This document shows, piece after piece, positions 1 through 10,662 of a stretch of DNA of 63,419 bases (the stretch's first letter is position 1; each line of letters begins with the position of its first letter). Origin of the DNA: a virus (lineage: Duplodnaviria; Heunggongvirae; Uroviricota; Caudoviricetes); the IMG/VR virus record IMGVR_UViG_2579778871_000002; one strand, 5' to 3'. Made by a program: the position numbers and the translations under genes. The notes under the pieces were generated by a model. The model saw only the letters and a list, made by a program, of their open reading frames with translations, was not told the DNA's origin and did not search any database.

Positions 1-26
1 TCTTAAACCAAGGTATTGGATAACGG
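1..26. other. cix/hix/gix-like site-specific invertase crossover site (left half truncated by window edge)
   Basis: Window starts TCTTAAACCAAGGTATTGGATAA, close to the recalled 26-bp Hin/Gin/Cin site architecture (AAACC-AA-GG(T)nGATAA); lies inside the tail-fibre ORF as in invertible fibre segments. Confidence 0.4.
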
Positions 27-1371
27 CTAGTGTGCTTGTTTTAGCCAGAATATCGCGACCGACTGACGTTAAATCAGTCTGCGCTACCGTATCCTTACCG
101 GTGAAATAAGGCAGTTTGTTTGCACCAGTCGCAAGGCCAGCGAGCGCGGTTAAAGTTGCATCCAGAGGCTGTTTGCCTGCCAGCGCATTTGTCATTGTTG
201 TCGCAAAGTTCGGGTCATTGCCAAGTGCTGCGGCAAGCTCATTCAGGGTATCAAGAGCTTCTGGTGATGAACCAACCAATGCGGATATGGCAGCTCTTAC
301 ATAAGCGGTCGTAGCAATCTGCGTGTTATTCGTACCCTGTGCGGCGGTCGGCGCAGTAGGGACACCCGTTAATGCAGGGCTTGCCAAAGGCGCTTTGAGA
401 GCCAGGGCATTGTTGATAGTTGTGCTGAAATTCGGGTCGTTATTGATCGCAGCCGCTATTTCTTTCAGCGTATCCAGTGTGCCAGGCGCACCGTTGATAA
501 GTGCAGTTATAGCTGCCTTAACAAAGGCTGTATTTGCGATCTGCGTGCTGTTTGTACCTTGCGCTGCCGTCGGCGCGGTTGGCGTTCCTGTCAGACTCGG
601 GCTTTCTATTGGCGCTTTGGTATCAGCAAGATCTTTTACAGACTTAACGGCTTTAGGGGTCGCCGCCATTGTTTCGCTGTCGCTGTTAGTTTCGCTACTG
701 AGCTGAACTAATCCCTTTTGCGTTGTGCTTGCATCCTGCGCCGTATACTTGCTTTTTGCCAGATCGTAGGCTTTTTTAACCGCCAGCGAACTTGCCGCAA
801 CATCACTTCTGGTACTGGTTACAGAGTCTGAAATATCAATGCCGATCGTGCGGTTAATACGCTCGGATGTATCAATCATCTCCTGGGTAATGGCAGATAC
901 GCCAGCAGGGATATTCACCGTACAAACAAGCAGTTCCCCATCTCCCAACTGATATGAATCGGTATAGGTTCTGGTAACAAATTCAGCCGCATGAATATGT
1001 GACGCTGTATTAACCTGATAGGTATCCTCTCCAAGGAGATATCTTCCCTTCAGCACAATTGCATATTTCTTACCTGCGCTAAGTGCAAGAGAAATATCCT
1101 TACGATGCTGAATAGTTACCTGGTAGAATTCACCAATATCAACTGACGCAGCGCCAGCAGTTTTATCACCATCCACTGAGGTGATTAACAGGTTCATCCC
1201 ACCGCCAGGCTTAGGTAAGAAACCGGCATAAAATCCCGGGTCAACAATCCCCCTGAATTTTCGGTTTAGCGCGGCTGACAGATATGGTTCGTGGTATTGC
1301 ACATCAGCCACCAGAGCCAACGACTCGGGTGATGGGTAAGTAACCGATGTAACAACTGTAACGTCATTCAT
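1..1371 (-). CDS. tail fibre protein, N-terminal constant part (3' end of gene outside window)
   Basis: Open frame on minus strand from ATG at 1371 to window edge (457 codons); hand translation gives MNDVTVV... and a PSLTGTPTAPTAAQGTNSTQ-type fibre repeat around 541-600; plus-strand ORFs here are low complexity. Confidence 0.6.
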   Translation of the reverse strand, partial: MNDVTVVTSVTYPSPESLALVADVQYHEPYLSAALNRKFRGIVDPGFYAGFLPKPGGGMNLLITSVDGDKTAGAASVDIGEFYQVTIQHRKDISLALSAGKKYAIVLKGRYLLGEDTYQVNTASHIHAAEFVTRTYTDSYQLGDGELLVCTVNIPAGVSAITQEMIDTSERINRTIGIDISDSVTSTRSDVAASSLAVKKAYDLAKSKYTAQDASTTQKGLVQLSSETNSDSETMAATPKAVKSVKDLADTKAPIESPSLTGTPTAPTAAQGTNSTQIANTAFVKAAITALINGAPGTLDTLKEIAAAINNDPNFSTTINNALALKAPLASPALTGVPTAPTAAQGTNNTQIATTAYVRAAISALVGSSPEALDTLNELAAALGNDPNFATTMTNALAGKQPLDATLTALAGLATGANKLPYFTGKDTVAQTDLTSVGRDILAKTSTLAVIQYLGLR

Positions 1372-1382
1372 CAAGCATATCC

Positions 1383-1817
1383 TTATGCTGTAGTCGTGTT
1401 TATGGCCATAACTGCGGTATATGTTTTGCCCACATACAGCGAGTCTTCCTGGACACAAATAATGGCGATTGGCTTGTTCTCGTTATCCAGTACAACCAGA
1501 GTGTTGAATGGGTAGTTTTTCCCTTCCTGCAACTGGCTTTGATCAAGGTCCATTCGGACAGTAATTATCCCACCTGAGTAGGTTGGCACGAGGTTGATGG
1601 TGCAAAATTGACTGGTTAGTTCTGCCAGATCGAAAGCCTTTGGCAGTTCTCCAATCTCATAAGTGCCATCTCCTTTCTTAGTAACCAGCGAACTGGTACC
1701 GAAAACGGCCTTGCTGATTAAAAATCGAGAGCCTTTGTTAATGGACGATTCAGCGCGCCGCTGATAGTAATAGTCCAACAACTGACTCTTATAGAGGTTT
1801 GTTGAGACGTCAGACAT
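1383..1817 (-). CDS. tail fibre-associated structural protein
   Basis: 144-aa ORF directly upstream of and co-oriented with the fibre gene. Confidence 0.5.
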   Translation of the reverse strand: MSDVSTNLYKSQLLDYYYQRRAESSINKGSRFLISKAVFGTSSLVTKKGDGTYEIGELPKAFDLAELTSQFCTINLVPTYSGGIITVRMDLDQSQLQEGKNYPFNTLVVLDNENKPIAIICVQEDSLYVGKTYTAVMAINTTTA

Positions 1818-1868
1818 GATTTTCCCTAATCAATGTTGTGAAGCCTCATTGTAAGATAAGTAACTTGT

Positions 1869-1891
1869 CACCCCGCCCTGCGGACGGGGTG
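1869..1891. terminator. GC-rich hairpin between two minus-strand tail genes (intra-operon attenuator/terminator candidate)
   Basis: CACCCCG-N9-CGGGGTG inverted repeat. Confidence 0.3.
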
Positions 1892-1895
1892 ATTG

Positions 1896-2735
1896 TCAGG
1901 CATCGCTATCCAGCAGCAAATCATCTGCGCGGGTGCGATCAAACGTAGGCGTCGATTTCACAATAGTGCCGCCCGGCGTTGCAGTGATCGGGGCGCTAAT
2001 CGAGGTAACTCCAGTAAGCGAAGTTGTATCCGAAGTTTCAAACCAGCAGTACGCTTTTTCGGTATCAGAAATCTCGTTCAAAGTGATCATGTCGGCGTGT
2101 TCATTTACAACAACCGACAAATAGAGCGTAAGCCCATCAAACACTATATGCAGTGGCAGTAGAGGCTTTACGAACTGATTAAACTTTCTGAGAATTTCTT
2201 CTGTAATTGCGGACTGATCTATCGTGCCAGTAATCCCCATTGTCCGGGCCAGGTCGTTTATGGGAATACTGATCATCCCTCTGGAAGTCAGAAACATCTC
2301 GCCGAATGTGCCGCCGGTAGTCTCCAGTGTGCTTTCTGGTATTAGAACCGTGCCATAGGGATGACGCTCAAGGTCCACCGGTGCATATATCGGATCCCAT
2401 AAAACAGAAATACCGTTAAATTCGCGGTAAATTGTCTGGTTTATAGGACGTTCAGTCCCCTTAAAGTGAATCTCATCAAGACGCTGTTGTAACAACATCG
2501 GAACGGAAGATGAGTTCGACGTTCTGATAGTAAAGAACTGGCCAAGTTCATTTGTCCTGGTCTCCAGATCCTCCTTGCTCATGGAAAAAATAGACTTCCG
2601 GTTGGTAATTCGCTCCAACCATGGGTCAACAAAGGTATCCATCATTGACTGAACCAAATCAGCCAATGATTTATAGAGCAATGACTTTTGCTTAGCTGAT
2701 GTAAGCCGGTTATTAAACCAGGAACGCTGCATCAC
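1896..2735 (-). CDS. tail/baseplate structural protein
   Basis: 279-aa ORF in co-oriented structural operon; stop overlaps next gene start. Confidence 0.5.
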   Translation of the reverse strand: MMQRSWFNNRLTSAKQKSLLYKSLADLVQSMMDTFVDPWLERITNRKSIFSMSKEDLETRTNELGQFFTIRTSNSSSVPMLLQQRLDEIHFKGTERPINQTIYREFNGISVLWDPIYAPVDLERHPYGTVLIPESTLETTGGTFGEMFLTSRGMISIPINDLARTMGITGTIDQSAITEEILRKFNQFVKPLLPLHIVFDGLTLYLSVVVNEHADMITLNEISDTEKAYCWFETSDTTSLTGVTSISAPITATPGGTIVKSTPTFDRTRADDLLLDSDA

Positions 2736-4165
2736 TCCTCCTCATACGAAATATTAAAGGTGGAGTTTTCTGTATCCAGATAAACGAAATCGTAAAAGCC
2801 GTTGGACTCATTCCACTCGACAAATTCCAGATAAAAGTCGCGGAAATAACCCAGCGTTTCGATAAACGCCCAAACGTCTTTTTTCTTAATCAGGATGTAC
2901 TTTCCGACGCGGTTCGGATCAAAGAAAGTTGAGTCGCGCCCAAATTTTGTTTCCAGTGCCAACTTCAGCTCATCGGTCACATTCTCAATGGTCAGGCTTG
3001 CCGATATCCGTCCGGTGATGGTTATCTTAAATGGTAGTTTTCTGACCTCTTTATAAGAGAATTTCTTGTTCAGTTCATTCGGTACCTTCTTAAAGGCAGT
3101 CAGGATCATTTCTTCAAGCTCTGACTGGCTTTTATTTGGATGCCATCCTGAAATAAATATCTTATTGATATTCTGAACATTATAAGCACCATCTAATTTC
3201 TCTTGCTGGCCTTCGCCCCATGCCTTTACCCAGGACAGCCCCGGGATGTTACGAACCAGAAAATACGTATAGTCCCCGCCCCATACGACCTGATCATCAT
3301 AGGCAAGGTAATATTGTGCACGGTTACGTGTGATCTCCGTTGTTTCAGCATCGGTACCTGCGGTTATAGGTGTCGTTGTCTTAACTGAAATCAAATTAGC
3401 TAAATTAGCCGCAGAATCGACAGGCGTCAGGTTTTGGCCAGCAACCAGGGTTATATCGCCGTTGGTGCACCATACCTTAAGCGTAATTGTCGAGCCTTCT
3501 GGCGGTATTTGCCCAATTAGCCCATCGCCGAATCGGACACCCAACTGTTCGGATGGTTTATAAAACTCAACGTAGACCTGGCTTTTACTACCAGCTAACC
3601 GGAACATTGTGCTGGAAGACCACTGCGTGGTCTTACCATCGGTCGTCACGAATACTTCCAGCTTATAGCAGACAGCAGTGAGAGCCTTTGATAACACGAC
3701 TTCCAGAAATTCTTTGGCAGCCGTAACGGTATATGTCACCTCCTGAATTTCCAACTGTGCCACTTCTACCGTACCGGTGCCGTCTACCAACCTGCATACA
3801 TCCATAGTCATGTAAGGGTATTGGTCGTCAGATATTAAAGGCATGTTTTTGGGGATTACCGCTGGGGCATCTTCACTTGTGGCGGTGATCTCAATCATCC
3901 CCGATGACGGTGTTGGCTTGGTACCAACATAACTGTTCGTTTCTGCCGCAGCCAGGATAGAGGAACGCCGCGTCGCGGTCGATATAAAGCCTTCAGCCAG
4001 CGCCGCATCGGCATACTGAAAGCACCTGTAGACAATCTGGGTAATAAACAATGTCAGCATCGAGACAAATTGAGAGCCGACAAACTTCGACCAGAATGAA
4101 TCTTTCTCGACAAGCTCTTCAAACTCTGCACGAATACTGTCTTTAGTCGGTGTTGTTTTACTCAT
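2732..4165 (-). CDS. baseplate protein
   Basis: 477-aa ORF, translationally coupled to neighbours, upstream of fibre genes. Confidence 0.5.
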   Translation of the reverse strand: MSKTTPTKDSIRAEFEELVEKDSFWSKFVGSQFVSMLTLFITQIVYRCFQYADAALAEGFISTATRRSSILAAAETNSYVGTKPTPSSGMIEITATSEDAPAVIPKNMPLISDDQYPYMTMDVCRLVDGTGTVEVAQLEIQEVTYTVTAAKEFLEVVLSKALTAVCYKLEVFVTTDGKTTQWSSSTMFRLAGSKSQVYVEFYKPSEQLGVRFGDGLIGQIPPEGSTITLKVWCTNGDITLVAGQNLTPVDSAANLANLISVKTTTPITAGTDAETTEITRNRAQYYLAYDDQVVWGGDYTYFLVRNIPGLSWVKAWGEGQQEKLDGAYNVQNINKIFISGWHPNKSQSELEEMILTAFKKVPNELNKKFSYKEVRKLPFKITITGRISASLTIENVTDELKLALETKFGRDSTFFDPNRVGKYILIKKKDVWAFIETLGYFRDFYLEFVEWNESNGFYDFVYLDTENSTFNISYEEE

Positions 4166-4521
4166 AGCACCACGTCCTGTGTGATAGTTATATCCCTGAT
4201 ACGAATGGATATTTTCAACTTATCAAAAGCATCTCCCTCGGCTACTGACAAGCCAGAAATCGGTATATCAGGTAAATCTACCGTCAGTTTTTGCAACAGC
4301 ATTGCCTCAACCGCAATTTGAACATGCGACAAGTTGGTCGGTTCGTGTTTAAACTGCGGTAAAACATTGCCCCATGACGGATCTCCGTATACCTCACCCT
4401 GATAAGTGTTTAGCCACTCATATAAACGAGCGCCCCAGGCCTCCTCCTGGGACTCATACGTTTTTACGCCGGATAACTCCAGCGTCAGCAAAGGATCAAT
4501 TTCGTTATTGTTGGCCATCAA
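4162..4521 (-). CDS. small baseplate/tail protein
   Basis: 119-aa ORF with 4-nt overlaps on both sides. Confidence 0.45.
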   Translation of the reverse strand: MMANNNEIDPLLTLELSGVKTYESQEEAWGARLYEWLNTYQGEVYGDPSWGNVLPQFKHEPTNLSHVQIAVEAMLLQKLTVDLPDIPISGLSVAEGDAFDKLKISIRIRDITITQDVVL

Positions 4522-7500
4522 TCAACTCTCGCGTAGTCATTCATCAACGGATCATCAATTGACAGTGGTACCGTGCGCATAACGCCCGGCTGAGGCGTGC
4601 TGACCTTTACGACAGTTCCCTGGCCTTTCGCCGAGTCTTTGGTGTGCTCTTCAATCCTGGCAAGCAATGAGGTCATCTGCGCAAACAGCCGCTTCGTTTC
4701 ACCATCAAGTGAAACGGTATTATCAGCCAACTGCATTGTCGGCTTGGCACCGGAACCGCCAAGGTCACTAATAACCTGCCCGTCTATCTGCATACGACCG
4801 GTTGGTTGCTGCAAATCGTTGGCGGCAGTCGTCACCTGGGACGTGGAGGCTGGTTCAGGCGCATTATTTTTCCGCATCCCCGGCGAGTTGCGGAGTTTAT
4901 CGAATAGTCCATCAATCCCCATTTGTGCGCCGAGATGGTCAAAGTAACTTGAGTTGTTGGCCACCGGACGCGCCTCTTCAACTGGCATCGGGGTATCAAC
5001 ATACACATTGCCAGCTGCTGTTGCGGTCCCCTTCCCTCGTGCACGTTCTTCGAGCGTTCCCTGAACGACTTCCCGACGCATCCCCCGGCCATTCATGAAT
5101 TTGTTGACCAGATCGTTAACGCCAACAGCATTGCCAATTTTGTCTACCAGACCGCCTTTCTCAAACGGGCTATCACCAGGGGTAAACGCCAGGCCAGTAG
5201 ACTGATCGATAACAGCGTTATCAGGCAGTGGTCCCCTCACTCCATATTGCGCCCCACCCTGTGCTCCTGCTCCAGGTGTATAGATTTCACCACCTAAATA
5301 GCGAGCACGATGAGTATTGACCTTGATCGCGTACTCACGGTTTTCTTTCGATAAGTCACCTGTGCCTTTTTTCCACTTATTGATAGTGCCAAACCCAGCA
5401 TTATATGCAGTGATGGCCTCGTTTAAGTCTCCATTGGCTTGCTTCAGATATTTGCTCATGAGAAGAGCCGCAGCTTCTGCCGATTTCACAGGATCAAACG
5501 ATTCACCTTCAGCTAAGCCAGTCTCTTCACGAGCAATCCCCGTGAACTGAAACATCCCCAGAGCACCGGTTTGGGATTTTGCATACGGATTACCACCAGA
5601 TTCAGTTGCAGCAATCGCGTAAAGAGTGCCTTCTGGAAGACCGTATTTATTCTCTAGTTCGGCAAAATACGGAGCCAACTTATCGAGATTTGCCTTACCT
5701 TCAGCGCCAAGACTTCCGACTTTTACATCCAAGTTGCCATTGTTGTAGGTATCCGCAGCTTTCTGAATGTCATTCCTGGTGCCAGTGGTATTAAACGACG
5801 ATGATGACGAGCTATTTTGACCAATAGCTTTATCAATTTTCTGCAACGCGCTATTGCCCGTTTCTACGGCATTTGCATTGATAATCTGATTGGCAGTTTG
5901 TTTTACTGTTTTATTGCTATCTTTCGCCGTGTCAAGTGCCGCATTTATCACGCGGGTAGCAATATTACTCTGTTTGGCATCGGATTCAGTTTTAGAATTA
6001 GACGTCTCCTGGTGGCTATTAACCGGAGCTTTTAACTCTGGAGTGATTTCTTTCGCATTAGCCTCGCCGATTGGATTGGGTATTTTTGATACAATCATTG
6101 CCGCAGGGGTATTTTTAACGGCATCAACCGCTGCATCTAATGCTTTACCTGGTAAATTTTTAACCCCATCCCAAATATTACCAGCCGCCTCTTTAATGTG
6201 TTTCCCTGGGTTCTTAATGAAATCAATTGCACTATCAATTGCATCACTGAAAACCTGTTTCAGGTTATCGACAGTAAAGAAGTCTTTGATGGCATCCAGC
6301 TTTTCAAGCAGCTTATTAGATGTATCGCTAAACCATGCTGAAACAGCATCACCAATCTTTGCTGTGTAATCATCGAACTTGGTAGAAATGGTGTCGCCAA
6401 GGTTAGAAATATATGTTTCTAAGTTGGTAATCCCACTATCAATGGCCTGGGCAATACTTTCCGTCGAAAATGATTGCAACATATTGCCGATATCCTCAAA
6501 TCCAAGTGATTTGAGAACCTCACCAATGGCGCTGCTAATACCAGATACCAGTCCCCCCATATCAAGTACATTAGCTAACGTATAAGCGGCTTTTTGCTGG
6601 AATGATGGATCTTGTCCTGATTTAAGCCCAAACGCTCGACGTTGCGCTTCTGTATCATTCCAACCGGTTACCGCATCATAAATACCTCCAGCCACTGTGC
6701 CGACCAGGGGAATTGCGCGTAACGCCCCTTTACCAACTGCCTTTAATCCAAGTTTACCTGCTGCCCGGGCAGCCAAATCTCCGCCTTCATGGGCGAGAGT
6801 CTTCTTGCCACCACCGCGTAGCATTCCTACAAGTTTCTTTGCCCCCAGAGCGCCAAAAGCGAGTGCTCCAGCTTTTTTCAGCATGCCACGCCCCATTAAC
6901 AACGACGCGACGCCACCGGCCCCCTTCCCTAACAGGCTAAATAGTTTGGACAGCAAGCCGCCCTTCTTTTTCCCGGTGTTTTTGGCTATCTGATCAAGGG
7001 CGCTGAGAATCTTGTCATTGCCCTCTTTAATTTCGCTGGTCTGCTCCTGAAGTTCCTGAACCGTCCGTTTTTGGGTGTTAACCTGAACGACATCGGCACT
7101 ATTTTGCGATTTACGCCTAAAAAAACCTTTTCTACGGCTGTTATCGTCATTGCCACGAATCACATCGGCAATAGACTTTCTGGCACCATTAAGCGATCCA
7201 CCAACTTCTTTTGATATCCCGCCAAGCTCCTTCCCTGCTGCCCACAATGGACCAGCAACGGCATAACCTAACGCATCGACGGCACGAGTCTCTGAAGGGT
7301 TACCTATGCCTTCAGCTACTTTTGACAGTTTTTTTAATAAACCTGATTCAGCATTTAGACGCTCATCATCCTCTTTGCGCCTGGCCTTTTCAGCACGTTC
7401 AGCACGGGCATCTTCCGCTGCGGCCTTACTCCCTGACTTTCCAATAAAACGACCACGCGCATCGCGTTGGTTTTGGCTTTTTTGCGCACCGCCTTTTTGA

Positions 7501-7910
7501 CCGAACATTTCGCGAGCGTGTTCGGCTGCTTCGGTCCGTTGCGCCTTTACATCTTCTGTTATAGCCTTCTTGCGTCGTTTTTTACCCTTTCGCGTAGTTG
7601 ATTTGGCCTGCGGTTCCTGTAGAGCAACATCCTCCTGAACTACACGAGAAACGTCCCCTAAATTAAGCCGTTTCATTGCCTCAACAATAGGGTCCACTGA
7701 TGGCGCATTGGCCACAAAGTCTGGCCGGGAATTTTCGATTGTGCGATTTAATGCCGACACACTGCGAGAGACAGGATCAACAGTTGCAACGCGCCCCCCT
7801 TTCAAATCTTCAACAGCTTCCCGGATACCTGCAAGCTCTTCCAGCTCTTTTGCACTGGCGGTTTCAACTGTCCTTATAACATCGTCAATGTTGGCGTTTT
7901 TTCTTTCCAT
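4518..7910 (-). CDS. sit: tail tape-measure-like / injection protein with lytic transglycosylase domain
   Basis: 1130 aa; SLT-type motif (ESGGNPYAKSQTGALGMFQF ... AYNAG); Gly/Lys-rich central region; size close to recalled P1 Sit. Confidence 0.75.
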   Translation of the reverse strand: MERKNANIDDVIRTVETASAKELEELAGIREAVEDLKGGRVATVDPVSRSVSALNRTIENSRPDFVANAPSVDPIVEAMKRLNLGDVSRVVQEDVALQEPQAKSTTRKGKKRRKKAITEDVKAQRTEAAEHAREMFGQKGGAQKSQNQRDARGRFIGKSGSKAAAEDARAERAEKARRKEDDERLNAESGLLKKLSKVAEGIGNPSETRAVDALGYAVAGPLWAAGKELGGISKEVGGSLNGARKSIADVIRGNDDNSRRKGFFRRKSQNSADVVQVNTQKRTVQELQEQTSEIKEGNDKILSALDQIAKNTGKKKGGLLSKLFSLLGKGAGGVASLLMGRGMLKKAGALAFGALGAKKLVGMLRGGGKKTLAHEGGDLAARAAGKLGLKAVGKGALRAIPLVGTVAGGIYDAVTGWNDTEAQRRAFGLKSGQDPSFQQKAAYTLANVLDMGGLVSGISSAIGEVLKSLGFEDIGNMLQSFSTESIAQAIDSGITNLETYISNLGDTISTKFDDYTAKIGDAVSAWFSDTSNKLLEKLDAIKDFFTVDNLKQVFSDAIDSAIDFIKNPGKHIKEAAGNIWDGVKNLPGKALDAAVDAVKNTPAAMIVSKIPNPIGEANAKEITPELKAPVNSHQETSNSKTESDAKQSNIATRVINAALDTAKDSNKTVKQTANQIINANAVETGNSALQKIDKAIGQNSSSSSSFNTTGTRNDIQKAADTYNNGNLDVKVGSLGAEGKANLDKLAPYFAELENKYGLPEGTLYAIAATESGGNPYAKSQTGALGMFQFTGIAREETGLAEGESFDPVKSAEAAALLMSKYLKQANGDLNEAITAYNAGFGTINKWKKGTGDLSKENREYAIKVNTHRARYLGGEIYTPGAGAQGGAQYGVRGPLPDNAVIDQSTGLAFTPGDSPFEKGGLVDKIGNAVGVNDLVNKFMNGRGMRREVVQGTLEERARGKGTATAAGNVYVDTPMPVEEARPVANNSSYFDHLGAQMGIDGLFDKLRNSPGMRKNNAPEPASTSQVTTAANDLQQPTGRMQIDGQVISDLGGSGAKPTMQLADNTVSLDGETKRLFAQMTSLLARIEEHTKDSAKGQGTVVKVSTPQPGVMRTVPLSIDDPLMNDYARVD

Positions 7911-7991
7911 GATCTTATCGCCTACCGTTTCGGTTTAAGTTTTTCTTCCAGTTTCTCCAACAGGAAAAACGCATAGGATTCAGTAAGCCTT

Positions 7992-8873
7992 TCAGCGTCC
8001 TGAATCGGTATACCCCCATACAAAACCAGGTTGGACACTAAGGTCTGATAGCTTTTCAATCCCCACCTGTGGAATGAAGTCGGTAGCCCGAAAGGGCACC
8101 CACAGACGGGTATATGCACCCTCTGTGGACTCCTTTTTATCCTGATTTGGGCATTTATGCGGCGGGAGACGAAGACGCATTTCACCTTTATCGATGTAGC
8201 ACGGTAAACCATGTTCGAGCTTTTCATGAGCCAGTCGGATGTGTGCCGCCAGCTTCATAAATTCAGTATCAATGGCCATCCGTTTAATCGTTTCATAACG
8301 ACGCTCAGCCTGATCTTCACGAGTACCGCTAACATCGTTATAAAGCTCACACTGATAAGCGAATTCCCAAAAACGCAAATCAACGATCGCTTCTTTGAAT
8401 TCCGCGTCGTCTTCAGGTGGCAATGCAGCACGGCGCATCTCCAGCATTTCCATTGCCCAGCCATCAAGCGGCACGATACGCCATTGATAAGGCACTCCCT
8501 CTACAGACACCTCAATATCGTCAATGAACGGTTCCACTTCCAGGACCTGGATATCTTCAGCCAGAGCATTCATATCGCAATCGTAATAATGCTCTTTACC
8601 GCAATGTTTACAGGTGTAGGTGAATGTCTCGACCGGTGTTTCACGGGAGCCGGTAAATATCCACCATAACGCGGTAATCCGATCCTGCGCCGTCCATGTC
8701 AGGGGATCATGTTTCGCGGGTTCAGCCAGCAAGGCTTTTAAATACGCCGTTGTCTGTTGTTCTTGTTCCTCCGGTGTTATCGAGTTGAAACGCATCGCAT
8801 CAGCAATATTTGGCTGACGGAACTGGATCAATTCAGTTGGCCGCGATGGTAGCGGGAAAAGAGGTAAAAGCAT
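7992..8873 (-). CDS. hypothetical structural protein with CxxC pair
   Basis: 293-aa ORF; CKHCGKEHYYDCDM motif. Confidence 0.45.
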   Translation of the reverse strand: MLLPLFPLPSRPTELIQFRQPNIADAMRFNSITPEEQEQQTTAYLKALLAEPAKHDPLTWTAQDRITALWWIFTGSRETPVETFTYTCKHCGKEHYYDCDMNALAEDIQVLEVEPFIDDIEVSVEGVPYQWRIVPLDGWAMEMLEMRRAALPPEDDAEFKEAIVDLRFWEFAYQCELYNDVSGTREDQAERRYETIKRMAIDTEFMKLAAHIRLAHEKLEHGLPCYIDKGEMRLRLPPHKCPNQDKKESTEGAYTRLWVPFRATDFIPQVGIEKLSDLSVQPGFVWGYTDSGR

Positions 8874-8887
8874 CCTTGCTCCTTAAT

Positions 8888-9499
8888 TCAAAGAGAAAAA
8901 CTAAAGCCCAGAAGGGAAGCCAAAGAACTTGAGGATTGGTTAAACGTGCTGTGCAATGCGAAGGTCATTGGGAATGACTTAAATTCCGTAACCTGATCCC
9001 GCGCATAGGTGACATCGCCGGTAGTGACCGGAAAAACAGTCATCTCATTTTCCAGTTTGGTTAAGCCGGAAGACAGCAACCGATAAATACGCACATTGAG
9101 CAAATATTTAGACGGTATATTCACGGTGCCGTCAGGATTGATCACCCGACTTTTTGCCGTATTAAACCAGTCAAAAACAAGGCCATCACCGGTATCCCTG
9201 ACCATCATTGTTATCTGCCCAGGAGAACGCTCCGTTGGCTGAAGGATATTCCCTCCGCCGATTTTAATCGTTTCATATTCGATGCTGTAATCGTGGTAGG
9301 TAATGTCTTTGGCAAAGAAGTCTGCCCCCTCCAGTCCATCAACTTCGACAGAGAACTGCCATCCTTGCGCGAACAACATTTTGTTCATGATGATTGACGT
9401 CAGCTTACCAACTTCCCGCTCACCAACGCCGGAGCCAAATAATGTCGTCGTTAATGCCGAAGATACATAAGACTTTACTGAAGCAACATTAAGCCCCAT
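8888..9499 (-). CDS. tail structural protein (tube-like candidate)
   Basis: 203-aa ORF in structural operon. Confidence 0.4.
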   Translation of the reverse strand: MGLNVASVKSYVSSALTTTLFGSGVGEREVGKLTSIIMNKMLFAQGWQFSVEVDGLEGADFFAKDITYHDYSIEYETIKIGGGNILQPTERSPGQITMMVRDTGDGLVFDWFNTAKSRVINPDGTVNIPSKYLLNVRIYRLLSSGLTKLENEMTVFPVTTGDVTYARDQVTEFKSFPMTFALHSTFNQSSSSLASLLGFSFSL

Positions 9500-9509
9500 A
9501 TCAGCTCCC

Positions 9510-10100
<591 letters not shown>

Positions 10101-10134
10101 TTACCCGATTCTACGAGTAGTCATTTGTGACAGG

Positions 10135-10611
10135 TCATTTTGCGCGCTTCAGGCAGCCATCTTCAGGTGCCGCGTTGAAAAGCTCTGCGGCCTTACGTAG
10201 CGTAAATGTTGCGATTTTTTTTCCGTCTACGTATGCATCGAATGTTTTAACTTCCATATCAGGGGTATCTGACCAAAAACCATACCAGTAACTATCACCC
10301 ACAGAGGAACCGATAGAACTGATAGGATATTCATCATCACCAACTTTCAGCGTTATTTGTTCTTTTTTAGCATCAAATGACTCACCGCCAGGTTCTGTTT
10401 TCATGAGAGTGAGTAGTCGTGTTCCTACTTGATTGGGATCCGTATTATTAAATCCAACATCGCACTCAAATGTAAGCGTATAATTATCTTTGCTGGAAAC
10501 AGCATAAGAGCGAACGCCATGAGTCTCGCTGGTGGACCATTTGCTTACATTTGCCATTGATGAAAACGGAGTAAGCAAAGCAAGAATTAGAAAATATCGT
10601 TTGATGCGCAT
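10135..10611 (-). CDS. secreted/periplasmic protein (Sim-region)
   Basis: 158 aa; N-terminal signal peptide MRIKRYFLILALLTPFSSMA. Confidence 0.5.
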   Translation of the reverse strand: MRIKRYFLILALLTPFSSMANVSKWSTSETHGVRSYAVSSKDNYTLTFECDVGFNNTDPNQVGTRLLTLMKTEPGGESFDAKKEQITLKVGDDEYPISSIGSSVGDSYWYGFWSDTPDMEVKTFDAYVDGKKIATFTLRKAAELFNAAPEDGCLKRAK

Positions 10612-10662
10612 TAATTTATCTCCTTTGGATATTAATATTTTAATTAGTTAACCACCATATAT

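Noticed and set aside
116-706. Plus-strand ORFs (62, 64 and 127 aa) with Ala/Val/Gly-rich low-complexity translations
   Set aside because: They lie antisense to the tail-fibre gene, whose repeat-rich coding sequence generates open antisense frames; no start context or coupling
4597-7938. Multiple 60-160-aa plus-strand ORFs inside the transglycosylase gene
   Set aside because: Antisense to a 1130-aa gene with clear SLT motifs; compositional artefacts
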